Of a stretch of DNA of 64,000 nt, positions 14,925 to 25,640 are shown one piece after another. The stretch covers positions 930,001-994,000 of the forward strand of contig NC_133623.1 in NCBI RefSeq assembly GCF_048593235.1, given 5' to 3'. Within the stretch, counting starts at the first letter, position 1; each line of letters starts with the position of its first letter. The translations under genes and the position numbers were made by a program. A model generated the notes under the pieces. That model was not told the origin of the DNA, searched no databases, and saw nothing but the letters and a program-made list of their open reading frames with translations. The DNA is from Sminthopsis crassicaudata (taxonomy: Eukaryota).

Positions 14925-15685
14925 CCTCGCCACTCCCCGCCCCCCCACTCCAAAGGCGGCCTCCTCCTCCTCTCCTCGCCCCCCCCACTCCAAAGGCGGC
15001 CTCCTCCTCCTCTCCTCGCCCCCCCCACTCCAAAGGCCTCCTCCTCCTCCTCCTCTCCTCGCCCCCCCCACTCCAAAGGCCTCCTCCTCCTCCTCCTCTC
15101 CTCGCCCCCCCCACTGCAAAGGCCTCCTCCTCCTCCTCTCTCTCGCCCCCCCACTCCAAAGGCCTCCTCCTCCTCCTCCTCTCCTCGCCCCCCCCACTGC
15201 AAAGGCCTCCTCCTCCTCCTCTCCTCGCCCCCCCCACTGCAAAGGCCTCCTCCTCCTCCTCTCCTCGCCCCCCCCACTCCAAAGGCCTCCTCCTCCTCCT
15301 CCTCTCCTCGCCCCCCCCACTCCAAAGGCCTCCTCCTCCTCCTCTCCTCGCCCCCCCCACTCCAAAGGCCTCCTCCTCCTCCCTCTCCTCGCCCCCCCCA
15401 CTCCAAAGGCCTCCTCCTCCTCCTCCTCTCTCCTCGCCCCCCCCACTGCAAAGGCCTCCTCCTCCTCCTCCTCTCCTCGCCCCCCCCACTCCAAAGGCCT
15501 CCTCCTCCTCCTCCTCCTCTCCTCGCCCCCCCCACTGCAAAGGCCTCCTCCTCCTCCTCCTCTCCTCACCTCCCCCCCACTCCAAAGGCCTCCTCCTCCT
15601 CCTCTCCTCGCCCCCCCCCACTCCAAAGGCCTCCTCCTCCTCCTCTCCTCGCCCCCCCCACTGCAAAGGCCTCCTCCTCCTCTGT
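14925..15685. repeat. C-rich minisatellite, ~18 copies of a ~39-46 bp unit
   Basis: Unit ctcctcgccccccc(c)act(c/g)caaaggc(ctc)n, with the number of CTC triplets varying between copies. Confidence 0.95.
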
Positions 15686-16484
15686 GATACTGCCACTATC
15701 CCTAGGTGCAGGGGTAATGGGCCACAAGTGGGAAAGCAGGATTCTTCCGAGGTGGAATTGAGGAGACCGTGGTCCTCTAGTAGGTCATGGTGATTCATAG
15801 TTGTCTAGTTCAGCCCGACTGAGTTCATCTTACAACAAATGGGTCCCCAGTGATAGTGATTGCTTCATACTCAGTATGATGGATGGATGTCATTGTGAGG
15901 GGCCAGAGGCACTCCAACAGAGGGACCGGGACAGACTCGGGGAGGACAAAGAGCACAAGCTCCCGGACTCAGGGAGACTCCGAGACCGAGGCTGTGGTGG
16001 CGGTCCTCCTGCCTCCCCCATGGAAACCTCCAGAAGGCTGGCGGGGCCCGGGCAGCGAAAGCACACTGTGAAGGAGATAATAAACGATTTGGACTTAAAC
16101 GCCTGGCGGTTCCCGCTGTGATTACTCTGCTGAAACGAAGCCTGGCCCGGACACCTCCGGAAAACCAAGCGGAACATTCCGTGCAGGCCCCTCCATCTCT
16201 TCAGGCCTGGAGCCTGGCGGTCCCTGCTGGGTGGGGGGCCCTTCAGCAGCCTCCAATCTCTCCCCACTCCAGTCCGTCCTCTGTTCGTCACTAAGGTGAT
16301 TTTCCTGAAGTGCAGGTTTGACTGGCTCACCCCTCCCCCTTCTCAGCAAGCTCTAGGGGCTCCACACCTTCAGAATCAAATATAAAGTTGCTAGAGCCCC
16401 AGCGGGTCGGACAGGAGTCCTCCTGCAGATTATTCAAGAGGGGGTAGAACGAGGAGGCGCCCCAAAGGCCTGTCCTTCAGCTTG

Positions 16485-16910
16485 TGTGGAGGGGGGAGGG
16501 GTTTAAATTCTTTCTCTGTATTTATGATTTCTCCGTGCCTGTGACCGTGACCTCACGCCGATATTGACTTAAGGATGATTCCCCTGGGAATCAGGGAAAC
16601 AAAGCATCCCGTCCTAACCCGCCTTTGGCACTGGAGCAGGGGAGAGGGCGCCCATTTCTCAATGCTCCCCAACTGATGATGTAACAAACTTTCCGTGCCA
16701 ATCTCTTCCGATAGCAGCCACCCATTAGTGCCTCCCCCCCCCCCCCCCCAGGCTCTCTTCCTTTAGCCCTCCGACCAGGAGCTTTCTCTTTCCCTTATCT
16801 GGCCATGGGACGGCTCATCCTCCCGAGGTTTTCAATAAACAACTTTTCTGCTTTCTACTGAGTGATCTCTGGGGAGTCATTTTGGGGAAGGGTCTTCTCC
16901 ATCCCTCACA
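16485..16910 (+). mobile_element. Possible solo LTR
   Basis: ~425-bp, relatively AT-rich block that starts tgtgga.. and ends ..ccctcaca (TG...CA with a loose terminal inverted repeat) and has AATAAA ~75 nt before its 3' end. No clear target-site duplication. Confidence 0.35.
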
Positions 16911-17725
16911 AAGCACTAGAACAAAGCCTTTGTGCTAGGAAATCCGGCTTCATGTTGTGTCTGCGCGTGCGTGTGTGCGTGTGTGTGCGCGCGCGCGTGG
17001 GGGGGGGGAGGGTGCATGTGGGGGTTGTGTGGTGTGTGTTGGAGTGCAGCACTGCTGAGGATTGACCCAAGGTCCAGTTGTGCTTCCGAAGCCCCCACTC
17101 CCCCGGGCTAGAGCCAGGGCCCCCCAGCTCCCCTCCAACCCCGCCTCCTGTGCCCCCTTCTTCCTATGTGGACTTTGAAGGTTGGAAAGAATTCTCTTTA
17201 AATCTGATTAGGGCCCGAAAGGAAGAAAGGAATGAATTCCTCGAAAAGCTAGTTGAGGACTAGTTCACGCCCCCGTCCGTCCCCACCCCTCCAATCAATC
17301 TTTTTCTCCCGGCGTTCATCGGAGTAGTTTTTTCAGAAATATTCCTCCTTCAGAGGGCCAAGAGACGGGGAGGGGCAGAGCGGGCCAATCAGAGTTTTTC
17401 CTCGTTTTTTTCTTCCATTCTGCCCCGGGGCTGTCGGGCCACGGAAGCCCCGCCCACGCGGACCAATCAGCGGCGGCTTGGGTGGGACTCCCCCTCCCTG
17501 TGGCCTTCGCTACTTCCGCGTGCAGGGAGAGGCCGGCTGGAACAGGTCTCCGTCTTCCCCTTTCTCGCCCCTCCACCAAATCCCGGACTATCAGCGGCTG
17601 CTCCCGGGGGGGAGGGGGGGGGCTGTTCCCCGCCCATTGGCTGCCGCAATTTCCTAGATGAGGAGCGGGGCGTCGGGGAATGGGCCAGTTCCTTCTCTCT
17701 CCCTCCCTCCCCTTGTGGATCTGAG

Positions 17726-18080
17726 CCAATCAGCGGTGGCTTCTGTGGCCCGCCCCTTCCCCTATTTCTCCGGCTCAGTTCTACCCCACCAATCAGCGGT
17801 GACTCCTGTGGCCCGCCCCTTCCCCTATTTCTCCGGCTCAGTTCTTTCCCACCAATCAGCGGTGGCTCCTGTGGCCCGCCCCTTCCCCTATTTCTCCGGC
17901 TCAGTTCTTCCCCACCAATCAGCGGTGGCTCCTGTGGCCCGCCCCTTCCCCTATTTCTCCGGCTCAGTTCTTCCCCACCAATCAGCGGTGGCTCCTGTGG
18001 CCCGGCCCTTCCCCTATTTCTCCGGCTCAGTTCTTTCCCACCAATCAGCGGTGGCTCATATGGCCCCGCCCCTTCCTCTT
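17726..18080 (+). promoter_or_regulatory. HSD17B10 promoter VNTR: six 63-bp units, each with a CCAAT box and a GC box
   Basis: CCAAT starts at 17726, 17789, 17852, 17915, 17978 and 18041 (exact 63-nt spacing); each unit contains ccaatcagc and ggcccgcccc or a close variant. The array ends ~75 nt before ATG 18155. Confidence 0.9.
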
Positions 18081-18154
18081 ATATCTTAGGTTCAGTTCCT
18101 CCCTTAGCCCATTGGTTGTCTTGCCAGGGAGCGCGGGCGACCTGCAGTTGAGCC

Positions 18155-20221
18155 ATGGCGGCCACGCGAGGCATCCGCAACCTGCAGGTAGCCCCCGGTC
18201 GCCTCGTGCCCCGGGCTAGTAGGGCAGAGGAGGGCATTCCCCCCGGTTAAGGGGGCCCGGGCCTGAGCATTGGTGGGCGTGGGGCGCGCGGCCGCAAAGC
18301 CGCGCCATTGGCCTTATTGCTTGACCTTGCTGAATTTAGCCCGTTTCCCCCTCAGTAATTTGGGAACTCTGCGGTTCTGGGTGAGCGGAGCCTTTCCGGT
18401 CCCGTGGACTCGGAGCGGACGGAGCTGCCGTCGCCTCTTCCTCCCCCTACCACCTTCCCAGCCAGGGGAACTAATAGACTAATGGCTGGGGGGGGGGGGG
18501 GCCCCGAAGCTTTGCTACTTTTCTTCCCCTCCCCCCCTCCACTTCTGACTGCTTCCTACAGGGCATGGTTGGTGTGGTGACAGGCGGGGCGTCGGGCCTG
18601 GGCCAGGCCACGGTCAGGAGACTGGTTAAGAAAGGGGCCCGGGCCATCATCGTGGACTTGCCCCACTCCTCGGGCGAAGCGCTGGCAAAGGAGCTGGGTC
18701 CTTCCTGCGCCTTCGCCCCCACAGACGTAAGTCCGCATCCACTCCCTGACTTCCGGGGGGAGGGTGGGCGAGCACAGCGGTCCCAAAGGGCCGGCTTGCC
18801 CCGAGAACCGAAGTGGAGCCTGCCCTTCCCCACTTTCCGGGGGTTGGGGAGGAGGGCGACGGGCCAAGTTGCTACCCTAGGTGGCGAGCCGCCCGTGCCT
18901 GCTCTCCTCCTCCAAGGTAACCTCCGAAGGAGAGGTGCAGAGCGCCCTGACCTTGGCCCGGGAGAAATTCGGCCGCATAGACATTGCTGTTAATTGTGCT
19001 GGCGTAGCTGTGGCCTCCAAGACTTACAACTTCAAGAAGAAGGAAGCACACTCCCTGGAGGCCTTTCAGAAGGTGATCCAGGTGTGTCACGTGTGCCGGC
19101 CCTCCCCCCCGGACCCTGGGGCCCATAGATCCCATGTGGGACCAGCCCCCCCTGGTTTGAACCACTTGAAGTCTTGAGATGACTTCGCTACCAAAGGGCA
19201 GGCTGAGGCCCACTGAGCCCAAGGGTACCAGCACTGGCTTCCTCTGCCCCAGGTAAACCTGATCGGCACCTTCAACGTGATCCGCCTCGCCGCTGGGGAG
19301 ATGGGGAAGAATGAGCCCGACGAGGGTGGCCACCGGGGCGTCATCATCAACACAGCCAGCGTGGCTGCCTTCGAGGGCCAGGTATGCCTACGGCCCCCCT
19401 CTGCCCGCACCAGCCTGGGGGCCCGGTTCAGAGCAACTGATTCAGTGAACTCTTTGTTCCCAGGTTGGACAGGTTGCATATTCTGCATCCAAAGGGGCCA
19501 TTGTGGGGATGACTCTGCCTGTGGCCCGGGACCTGGCCCCCATGGGGATCCGGGTGGTCACCATTGCTCCAGGTAGGGTTCCCGTATCTCCAACTTCCGT
19601 CTCTCCCCAGCTTTGAGCAGGCCAACTTAAAACTTCTCAGAATTGAGAAAAGAAATGTACCCTAAAGGGGTCTTCGGGTGGTCCAATACCCTTCCCCCCC
19701 CCCCATTTGTCAGGGGAAAACCGAAGACGGGGGAGGGAACTTGACTACCAAGTCAGAACTCTCAGGACAGGGCTAATGGCTTCGACCAAAAGTTCAAAAC
19801 CCCCACTTGCCTTAAGAGTGCTGCACCAGGGTTGAAGTTGGGCCTAGGGTCAGGCAGACCCCAAGTTGCAACTCAGCCTGAGTTACGGTGGCCGATACTG
19901 GCCAAGCCACAGAGCCTTCTGTCTTGAAGAGTACCCACCCTCCTTCCCCAGATTACCAGGCGGGATCCACCTAGGGCCTATCTGTAAAGCGCTTGGCACA
20001 CAGCGGACACTCGGTCACGTTACTTTCTAGGCCTGTTTGAAACACCCCTCCTGTTGGGACTCCCTGAGAAAGTCCGCTCCTTCCTCGCCCGTCAGGTGCC
20101 CTTCCCCAGCCGCCTGGGCGATCCAGCAGAGTATGCCCACCTCGTGCAGGCCGTGGTGGAAAATCCCCTGCTCAACGGTGAGGTCATCCGGCTGGATGGA
20201 GGTATCCGCATGCAGCCTTAA
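18155..20221 (+). CDS. HSD17B10: 17-beta-hydroxysteroid dehydrogenase 10 / SDR5C1 / mitochondrial RNase P subunit MRPP2 (263 aa)
   Basis: Exons 18155-18187, 18562-18726, 18917-19081, 19253-19381, 19464-19572, 20031-20221. Rossmann motif [13 protein letters not shown], catalytic YSASK, C-terminus [15 protein letters not shown]. Sizes of exons 2-6 (165/165/129/109/191) match the remembered human structure. Confidence 0.97.
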
Positions 20222-20319
20222 TGCCCGAGGCCTAGGGTTTGGGTTCCCGCACTGGCCCCCCCTCTGGCAACAGGGGCCCCGGGGCCTTCCTGCCTTCTAT
20301 GCCTTAACCTCTAGTGCCA

Positions 20320-20401
20320 AATAAAGTTGACTTTTATCCTCTGCTCTGATAGAAGGAACTTGTGCTAGTGACACAGTGTGGATCCCCCAAATCCCTTTAT
20401 T
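20320..20401. terminator. Convergent polyadenylation signals of HSD17B10 (+, AATAAA 20320-20325) and RIBC1 (-, TTTATT 20396-20401)
   Basis: Both hexamers read directly; each lies 66-100 nt past its gene's stop codon. Confidence 0.75.
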
Positions 20402-20467
20402 TTTCCACTGAATTCCGCTCTCCTGCCCTAGCCCAAGTTCCACATGCTAGGGCTGCGCCTCCCAAAC

Positions 20468-23180
20468 TCAGCGGCTGCTGGTGTTGAACTGCAGGTAGAA
20501 CTGGGATGTGGGTTCGTTGGTGTAAACCACTTTGTCCAGGTAGTCCTTTCTGAAATGTAAAGCTTGGGTCAGCTCCGGGCCCTCCCTCAGGGCCCTCCCC
20601 CACCCTCCTCCGTCCTCACTCACTTGGCCTGCTGCTCTTGAGCCAGCTCCTTGTTGTAGGCGTCCAAGTCCCGACGCAGCTTCTGCGCTTGGAGCTGCTG
20701 CTCGTGTTCCAGTTGGCAAGCCGCCTGAGCAGCCATCTGCTCCTGACGGGCCCACTCGGCTTCCTGGCGCTTCTCGGCCTTCCGCCGGTGTTGGGCTTCA
20801 AGGCGCTGTCCTGCCTGTTCCTTCTGGATGGCCGCTATTTGCTCAGAGCTCATGCCCTTCCAGTGATTCTGGATCACTTTTTGTGATTTCAAGGAGGCAG
20901 GACACTTCTCAGTCAACATGTCGCTGGTCAGGTGATTATAGATTTCAGTGAGGTTGTCATCCTGCTCCCTCTGGCGGGCCAGTTGCTGCTGTATGTCCAT
21001 TTCTGTGGCCTGGGGGGGAAGGCAGGAAGTTCAGGCTTAGGGATAGCCCCTAACCATGGCCCTAGGGGGGCTGCCCACCCAGGCTCATAGAGTGGGCAGG
21101 GGCCTCCCCAAAGTGACCTAAGTAGGCCCACGGTCTCAGGATGGGTGTCTTTGCCCAAACCCTCCTCAGAGCCAGGGGAGCACCCTTTCCCTGCGATTCT
21201 GGAGCCCTCCTGTGGTGGGGTCTGCCCTTCTGCCAATTCTGAGGGGCATCAGGCTGGCAGGAATTTCTGTTCCCAAGCAGGATTTCTGAAAGTTTGGATT
21301 CATATAGCCAGGCCCGCCTGGTGACGGGGGTGGTCGGAGCCATGGAGTACCTGAGTCCTGTTGTAATTGGCCGTGGCCACGTCCTTGACTCTGCGGTGGG
21401 TAGCTTGTAGCTCATCCAGATGAACAGCACGCAGATCCATCTCTATCTGCCTCTGGCCCTCCAAGATATCTGCAGGGAGGGAGGGGACAGAGCAACTGAC
21501 TCAGTGAACACAAACTGGGGGGAGGGGGAGGGTTATCAATCTCTTCCGTTTGTTTTACTTTCCATTTTGTGACCGATCATAATGGCAGGAAAAAGACCAC
21601 TTTTTAACTTGGAGGTTAACAGAAGAGAGGTGGGGGGGGGGGGCTGTGATTGTAACAGGACCTCAGTGGGGGCTTGGGAGAGAGGAAGGTTAGAAAACAA
21701 GCGAGTTAGGAGACCTCTAGCAAGCACCACAGAGTTAGCACACCAAGGGGAGGGGGGGGAGGTGCCGTCCTCCATTTTTACAGTTGAGACAAGTGACTTG
21801 CCCAGAATCCCCCGGCTAAGAGGTTTCTGGGTTTGAGTGCTCGGGCAGTTGAGACAAGTGACTTGCCCAGAATCCCCCGGCTAAGAGGTTTCTGGGTTTG
21901 AGTGCTCGGGCAGAGCATTTTGGGCCAATGAGTGGATGATGGCAACGGCTGAACGAACTCGGCAAAGGGGCTGGCCTGACGGCACACAAGGCCCCAAGAG
22001 CTAGGACGGCGTCTGGCTCTTCCAGCAGTGCCTTGCCAAGGTTACAGGAGGGCAGAGCTGAGATCTGGGCTGTCCTCAGAGCATCTGTTCCTACCACACA
22101 TCCCTGGCTGGTGGAAAGAGCCTTTCCATCTGTGTTCCCCATCTGTCCCGCCGCCATTGCCCCACTCACCCAAGTACTTCTCCTGCCTCCTGGCCTGGAG
22201 GTGCTCCTCCCACTGGCGGCCCAAATCACGACGGGATTGTTCCTGTTGTAGACGCCGGCGGGTAGTGCTGTTCAGATCTTCCCCCGCAAAGTACTGCATG
22301 CTGGAGGGTCCACAGCAGGGGTCCTGGCTGCCTACTCTTATTGGCTTTCTCTGCAGTCTGGCTGGGTCACACAGGTCAAACTCTCGGCGGTGGTGGGGCT
22401 GCTGCTCCTTCTCACGAAATGCCTGCACTTGTTGAGCTACCTGTCGGGCACGCTGCGCTTCCTCCTTCTCCAGCATTTGGGCCATTAAGTCACACTGGAC
22501 ACGGTTAGCATCTGGAAGGGAAGGGTTACAGGTAGTCATGGGAACTGGATTCCTCTTTGGACCCTAGGGGGCAGACCCCCCCCCCAGGGCTCTTACTGAA
22601 AGCTTCCTCACGAGCCCGCTCAGCATCTTCTCTCTTTCTTCGCTCCATCACCTGGTTTTTTAAGGCTTCCATGTCCACCTGCCACAGATCAAGGAGTAAT
22701 TCCACTCAAGAACCCCCTGCCGCTTTGAATTGCTAGCTGGGATTTGGATGGGCCAGGGTGGGGTGGACCAGGTTAGTTCCTTCCCTCCAGGGAAACAGCT
22801 TTGGGCGTTGGATAGAAGGGGAGAAAGGGAAAGGAAGCAGCAGGGCAAAGAGCCACCCGAAATCGGAGGCCCAGTTTTTAGTCAGCTCTTGTTGCCCGCC
22901 CGCCCCCCCTTCCTATGGGACATCAGCCAACTCAATCTAGCCTGTTTCCAGGTCTATAAAATAAGGGGAAATGCTAAACTGCTCTTGGGGGGGGGGATGC
23001 CCTGGGCCTGGACCTGCTTCCTCACAGAGATGAATTCAGTTCTGCCATCTTAGGGAAACTCACCCCAATCACTTGGTTCTGAACATTAAAGATTCGGCTC
23101 TGCCTCTGTTTTTCTCGGGTTCTTCGGGCTTCAATGGCCACAGCCTGCTTCTGTTCAGATTGGATGTCTACTTTGAACAT
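20468..23180 (-). CDS. RIBC1: RIB43A domain with coiled-coils 1 (axonemal microtubule inner protein, 375 aa)
   Basis: Coding exons 23180-23064 ([39 protein letters not shown]), 22678-22597, 22511-22170 (RREFDLCDP...[13 protein letters not shown]), 21469-21351, 21009-20624 ([12 protein letters not shown]...WKGMS), 20549-20468 ([18 protein letters not shown]). All phases are compatible. Probable 5'UTR exons at 24009-23941 and ~24423-24401. Tail-to-tail with HSD17B10, as in human. Confidence 0.95.
21781..21912. repeat. Perfect 65-bp tandem duplication of a MIR/CORE-SINE-like fragment
   Basis: cagttgagacaagtgacttgcccagaatcccccggctaagaggtttctgggtttgagtgctcggg occurs at 21781 and again at 21846; it contains the SINE core motif aagtgacttgccca. 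Confidence 0.85.
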
Positions 23181-24400
23181 CCTACCTTGATACTGAGAGA
23201 CACAAGGAGCACTTAGGGGGGGTTTTCTGCTGTTCCTGGAGCTCCTTCGCAAGCTTCCGGCTGGAAGGACTGCTGTTACAATTCAGAGGAGCTGCAAGGA
23301 GCCCTTGTGATTACTAGTCAATTCAACAAACAGTTAATAGGCACCGGTGGAACAGCTGTTTCTAGAAACTGGTATTTCAGGGGCCATAACTTTTACACTG
23401 GTAAGGAAATACCAAGTCGTTTCAAGAACTAGGATGTTTAAGGAGGGGATGAGGAGAGGCACCTGGGAATTCTCCCCAGTGGGTCAGCCTAGAGCATTGG
23501 ACCCAGTGCCGGCCAGGTGGCCTCGGGGCAGGCTTTTTTTTTTTTTTTTTTTGTCTCTTTTCTCTTATCCTGGGGGCTAGGCCCAGGGCCCCTCAACTGT
23601 GCTTTGAAGAAAGAGGTTGGAATGGCAAGGTTTGGGATGACTGTGGTTGGCAATTACTTGGGTGGCCATTAGGAGTGCAGGACTGAATCCCAAAGCCAGA
23701 GGAAGCCAGGACATGGAAAGTGAGCAGTAGGCCCAGAAAAGAGCCTGGCAGGGGCTCTGCCTATGGACTCCGAGGAGCCCCCCCCCTTGAGTAGTGACCG
23801 AACTCTAGAAGAAATGAGCTGAGGTGCCCACCGGGATGGGCAGCAGGCAGCTGAGACCTGAGAAAAACGGCCCTGCCTTCAGTGGGCTAGTACTGGCCAG
23901 GACGGTTTCGGTGGAGTGAGAGGCTGGGGGAGACCCTTACCTGAATTTGCTCCTCAGTGCGTGCCTCAGAACGTCCTCCAGTATTCTGAAACCACTCTTG
24001 GCTCGATGTCTGATTGAAAGAGCAGGGAGCAGAGTTGGGACTGGGATCCTACCTCCCAGCCCAACTCTGGCCTTGGGGTCCCATCCCCACTAGAGCTTTG
24101 CTTTTGCCATGCTGGCTCTAGTTCTCCATGCCCTCCCTCCCCTCCCCCAGCAAGTTGGTCTTTAGGTCTAGCCTCCCATGATGTACTGAAAGCGATGGCC
24201 CGTTTCTGGGGGCTACAGTTTTTTGGGGGAAAGGGGACCTAGTTGCCCCCCCCCCAGGTCCAGTCCATACGGTCTTCCCTTTTTCTCGGTGCCGCCTCCC
24301 TTCCCCTTTCATGTCCCGCCCAGACCAGCTTCCCCTTCACTCTTGTCCCCCCCCTTTCCGCCGTTTGTCAGTCCCCAGCCCTCTCCCCCCACGTCCTCAC

Positions 24401-24485
24401 CTCCCGAGAGGGCTAGCTCCGACTCTGGAGAGTTGTCTGCTCCTGCACTTATATAGTGAGACGGCGTCACCGTTGCCATGGTAGT
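24401..24485 (-). promoter_or_regulatory. RIBC1 core promoter: first exon/donor, TATA-like box and RFX X-box
   Basis: Minus-strand donor (ag|gtgagg) at 24401/24400, TATATAA on the minus strand at 24449-24455, and GTTGCCATGGTAGT at 24472-24485 (close to the X-box consensus GTTGCCATGGYAAC). RFX control of ciliary genes is established knowledge. Confidence 0.6.
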
Positions 24486-24689
24486 GAACAAAGGGGAGGG
24501 GGATTCTTGCGTGAGTTCCGGTGGGAGCCGGGAGCCCCTCCCTCGCCCCTTCCGGTCTAGCCTGCCCCTCCCCCCCCCCCATTGGGAAAAGAAGCTTTTC
24601 CCGGTTTCTCTTCCCAGTTCATTTGGAGCCGATTCGGGAACAGAACCTGGAGTCTCCCCAGAGCCTTCCCACGGACGGGAGGAGGCGAG

Positions 24690-25640
24690 CTGGGCCATCT
24701 CCGCCCCGGACCGCGCGCCGGCGCAGGAGCGTCAAGAAGGCTTGAGTCGGTGCCAATAAAGTCCTTGTCTTCGTCCTGCTCGTTTGCGCACGCGCAGAAC
24801 GACCGCTAAGTTCTGGAGCCCGTGTTCCGGGGACTAGCCTATTCCTTCCCGAATGCGCGCGCACGTACGCGACTCCTCTGGCGCTGGTTAGCTAGCGCTG
24901 GCGATCGCCGGCCCGGTGTTTGCCCGCGCTGCTAGGTGTCGTCGCCCTCCCCCCGCCCCGCGGTGCCGCGGGTTCTCCAGCACTGCGCCGAATCGAGAAC
25001 TCCAAAGCCCACGAAGCTCGGCAGATCACCGGCCCTTCCAGAGGCCCTCCGGCCCGAACGGCTCAGGTAGGGGCACAGCACGAGTCGACCCCGGGCCGGA
25101 GTCGCGCGCCCCGCTCCCCCGGATTCAAGACGTGCGGCGGGGCCGGCCGGAAGTCGCCCTAGGGGCTCCGCCTCCCGGCCACACCTCTCCCTGCCGGAAG
25201 TCCCGCGCCTGCTCCGTCGGGAGGAGGACTCCTAGCTGAGGGGAGACTGCGGATTGGGGAGCCTCCGACGGGGGGGGGGGCGCACTCCGAGCCCTGTACC
25301 CCGAGACCGGGAGGGGAGGGGAAGGCCAGGGGCTGGCTCTCCGCAGGAGTTGGTGGGCACGGGGTGGGCGTGTTCTCCCACCGGGCCGGCCGCCCTTTTC
25401 CTCTCCAGAAACTAAGGAGGAACTTGGCCCGGTCGGGTGCCCCCCCAGCCTGTTCCTCCTCCCCGCTTGGGGTCTCCGGGGCGGTCTCCGGAGGCTGTGC
25501 CCGGGCTGGGGGCGGAGCTGGCGGAGGAACACGGACGGGCCGAAGCGGAGCTGCTGAAGGAGGAGGAGGAGGAGAGGCACGGAGGCGCCGGAGCCCCAGC
25601 CAGCCTGGCCAGCGCATCTTCTTCCTTAGAAAAGCCAGTG
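24690..25640. promoter_or_regulatory. CpG island at the ancestral RIBC1/SMC1A bidirectional promoter
   Basis: Dense CpG with NRF1-like motifs (tgcgcacgcgca at ~24785, tgcgcgcgca at ~24854); located where the head-to-head RIBC1/SMC1A promoter lies in human. Confidence 0.7.

Noticed and set aside
14768-15798. Six overlapping 235-328 aa ORFs
   Set aside because: Produced by a stop-free minisatellite unit; no splice signals or protein-like complexity.
17078-17263. Short ORF ending YVDFEGWKEFSLNLIRARKEERNEFLEKLVED, which looks protein-like
   Set aside because: TTG start, no in-frame acceptor found and no family recognised; could be ERV debris but cannot be supported.
17726-18080. CRISPR-like regular array
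   Set aside because: Eukaryotic locus; units are head-to-tail identical with no unique spacers.
17658-18089. 143-aa ATG-initiated ORF with 21-aa repeats (HQSAVAPVARPFPYFSGSVLP)
   Set aside because: Translation of the 63-bp promoter VNTR; the conserved elements are CCAAT and GC boxes in the HSD17B10 promoter position.
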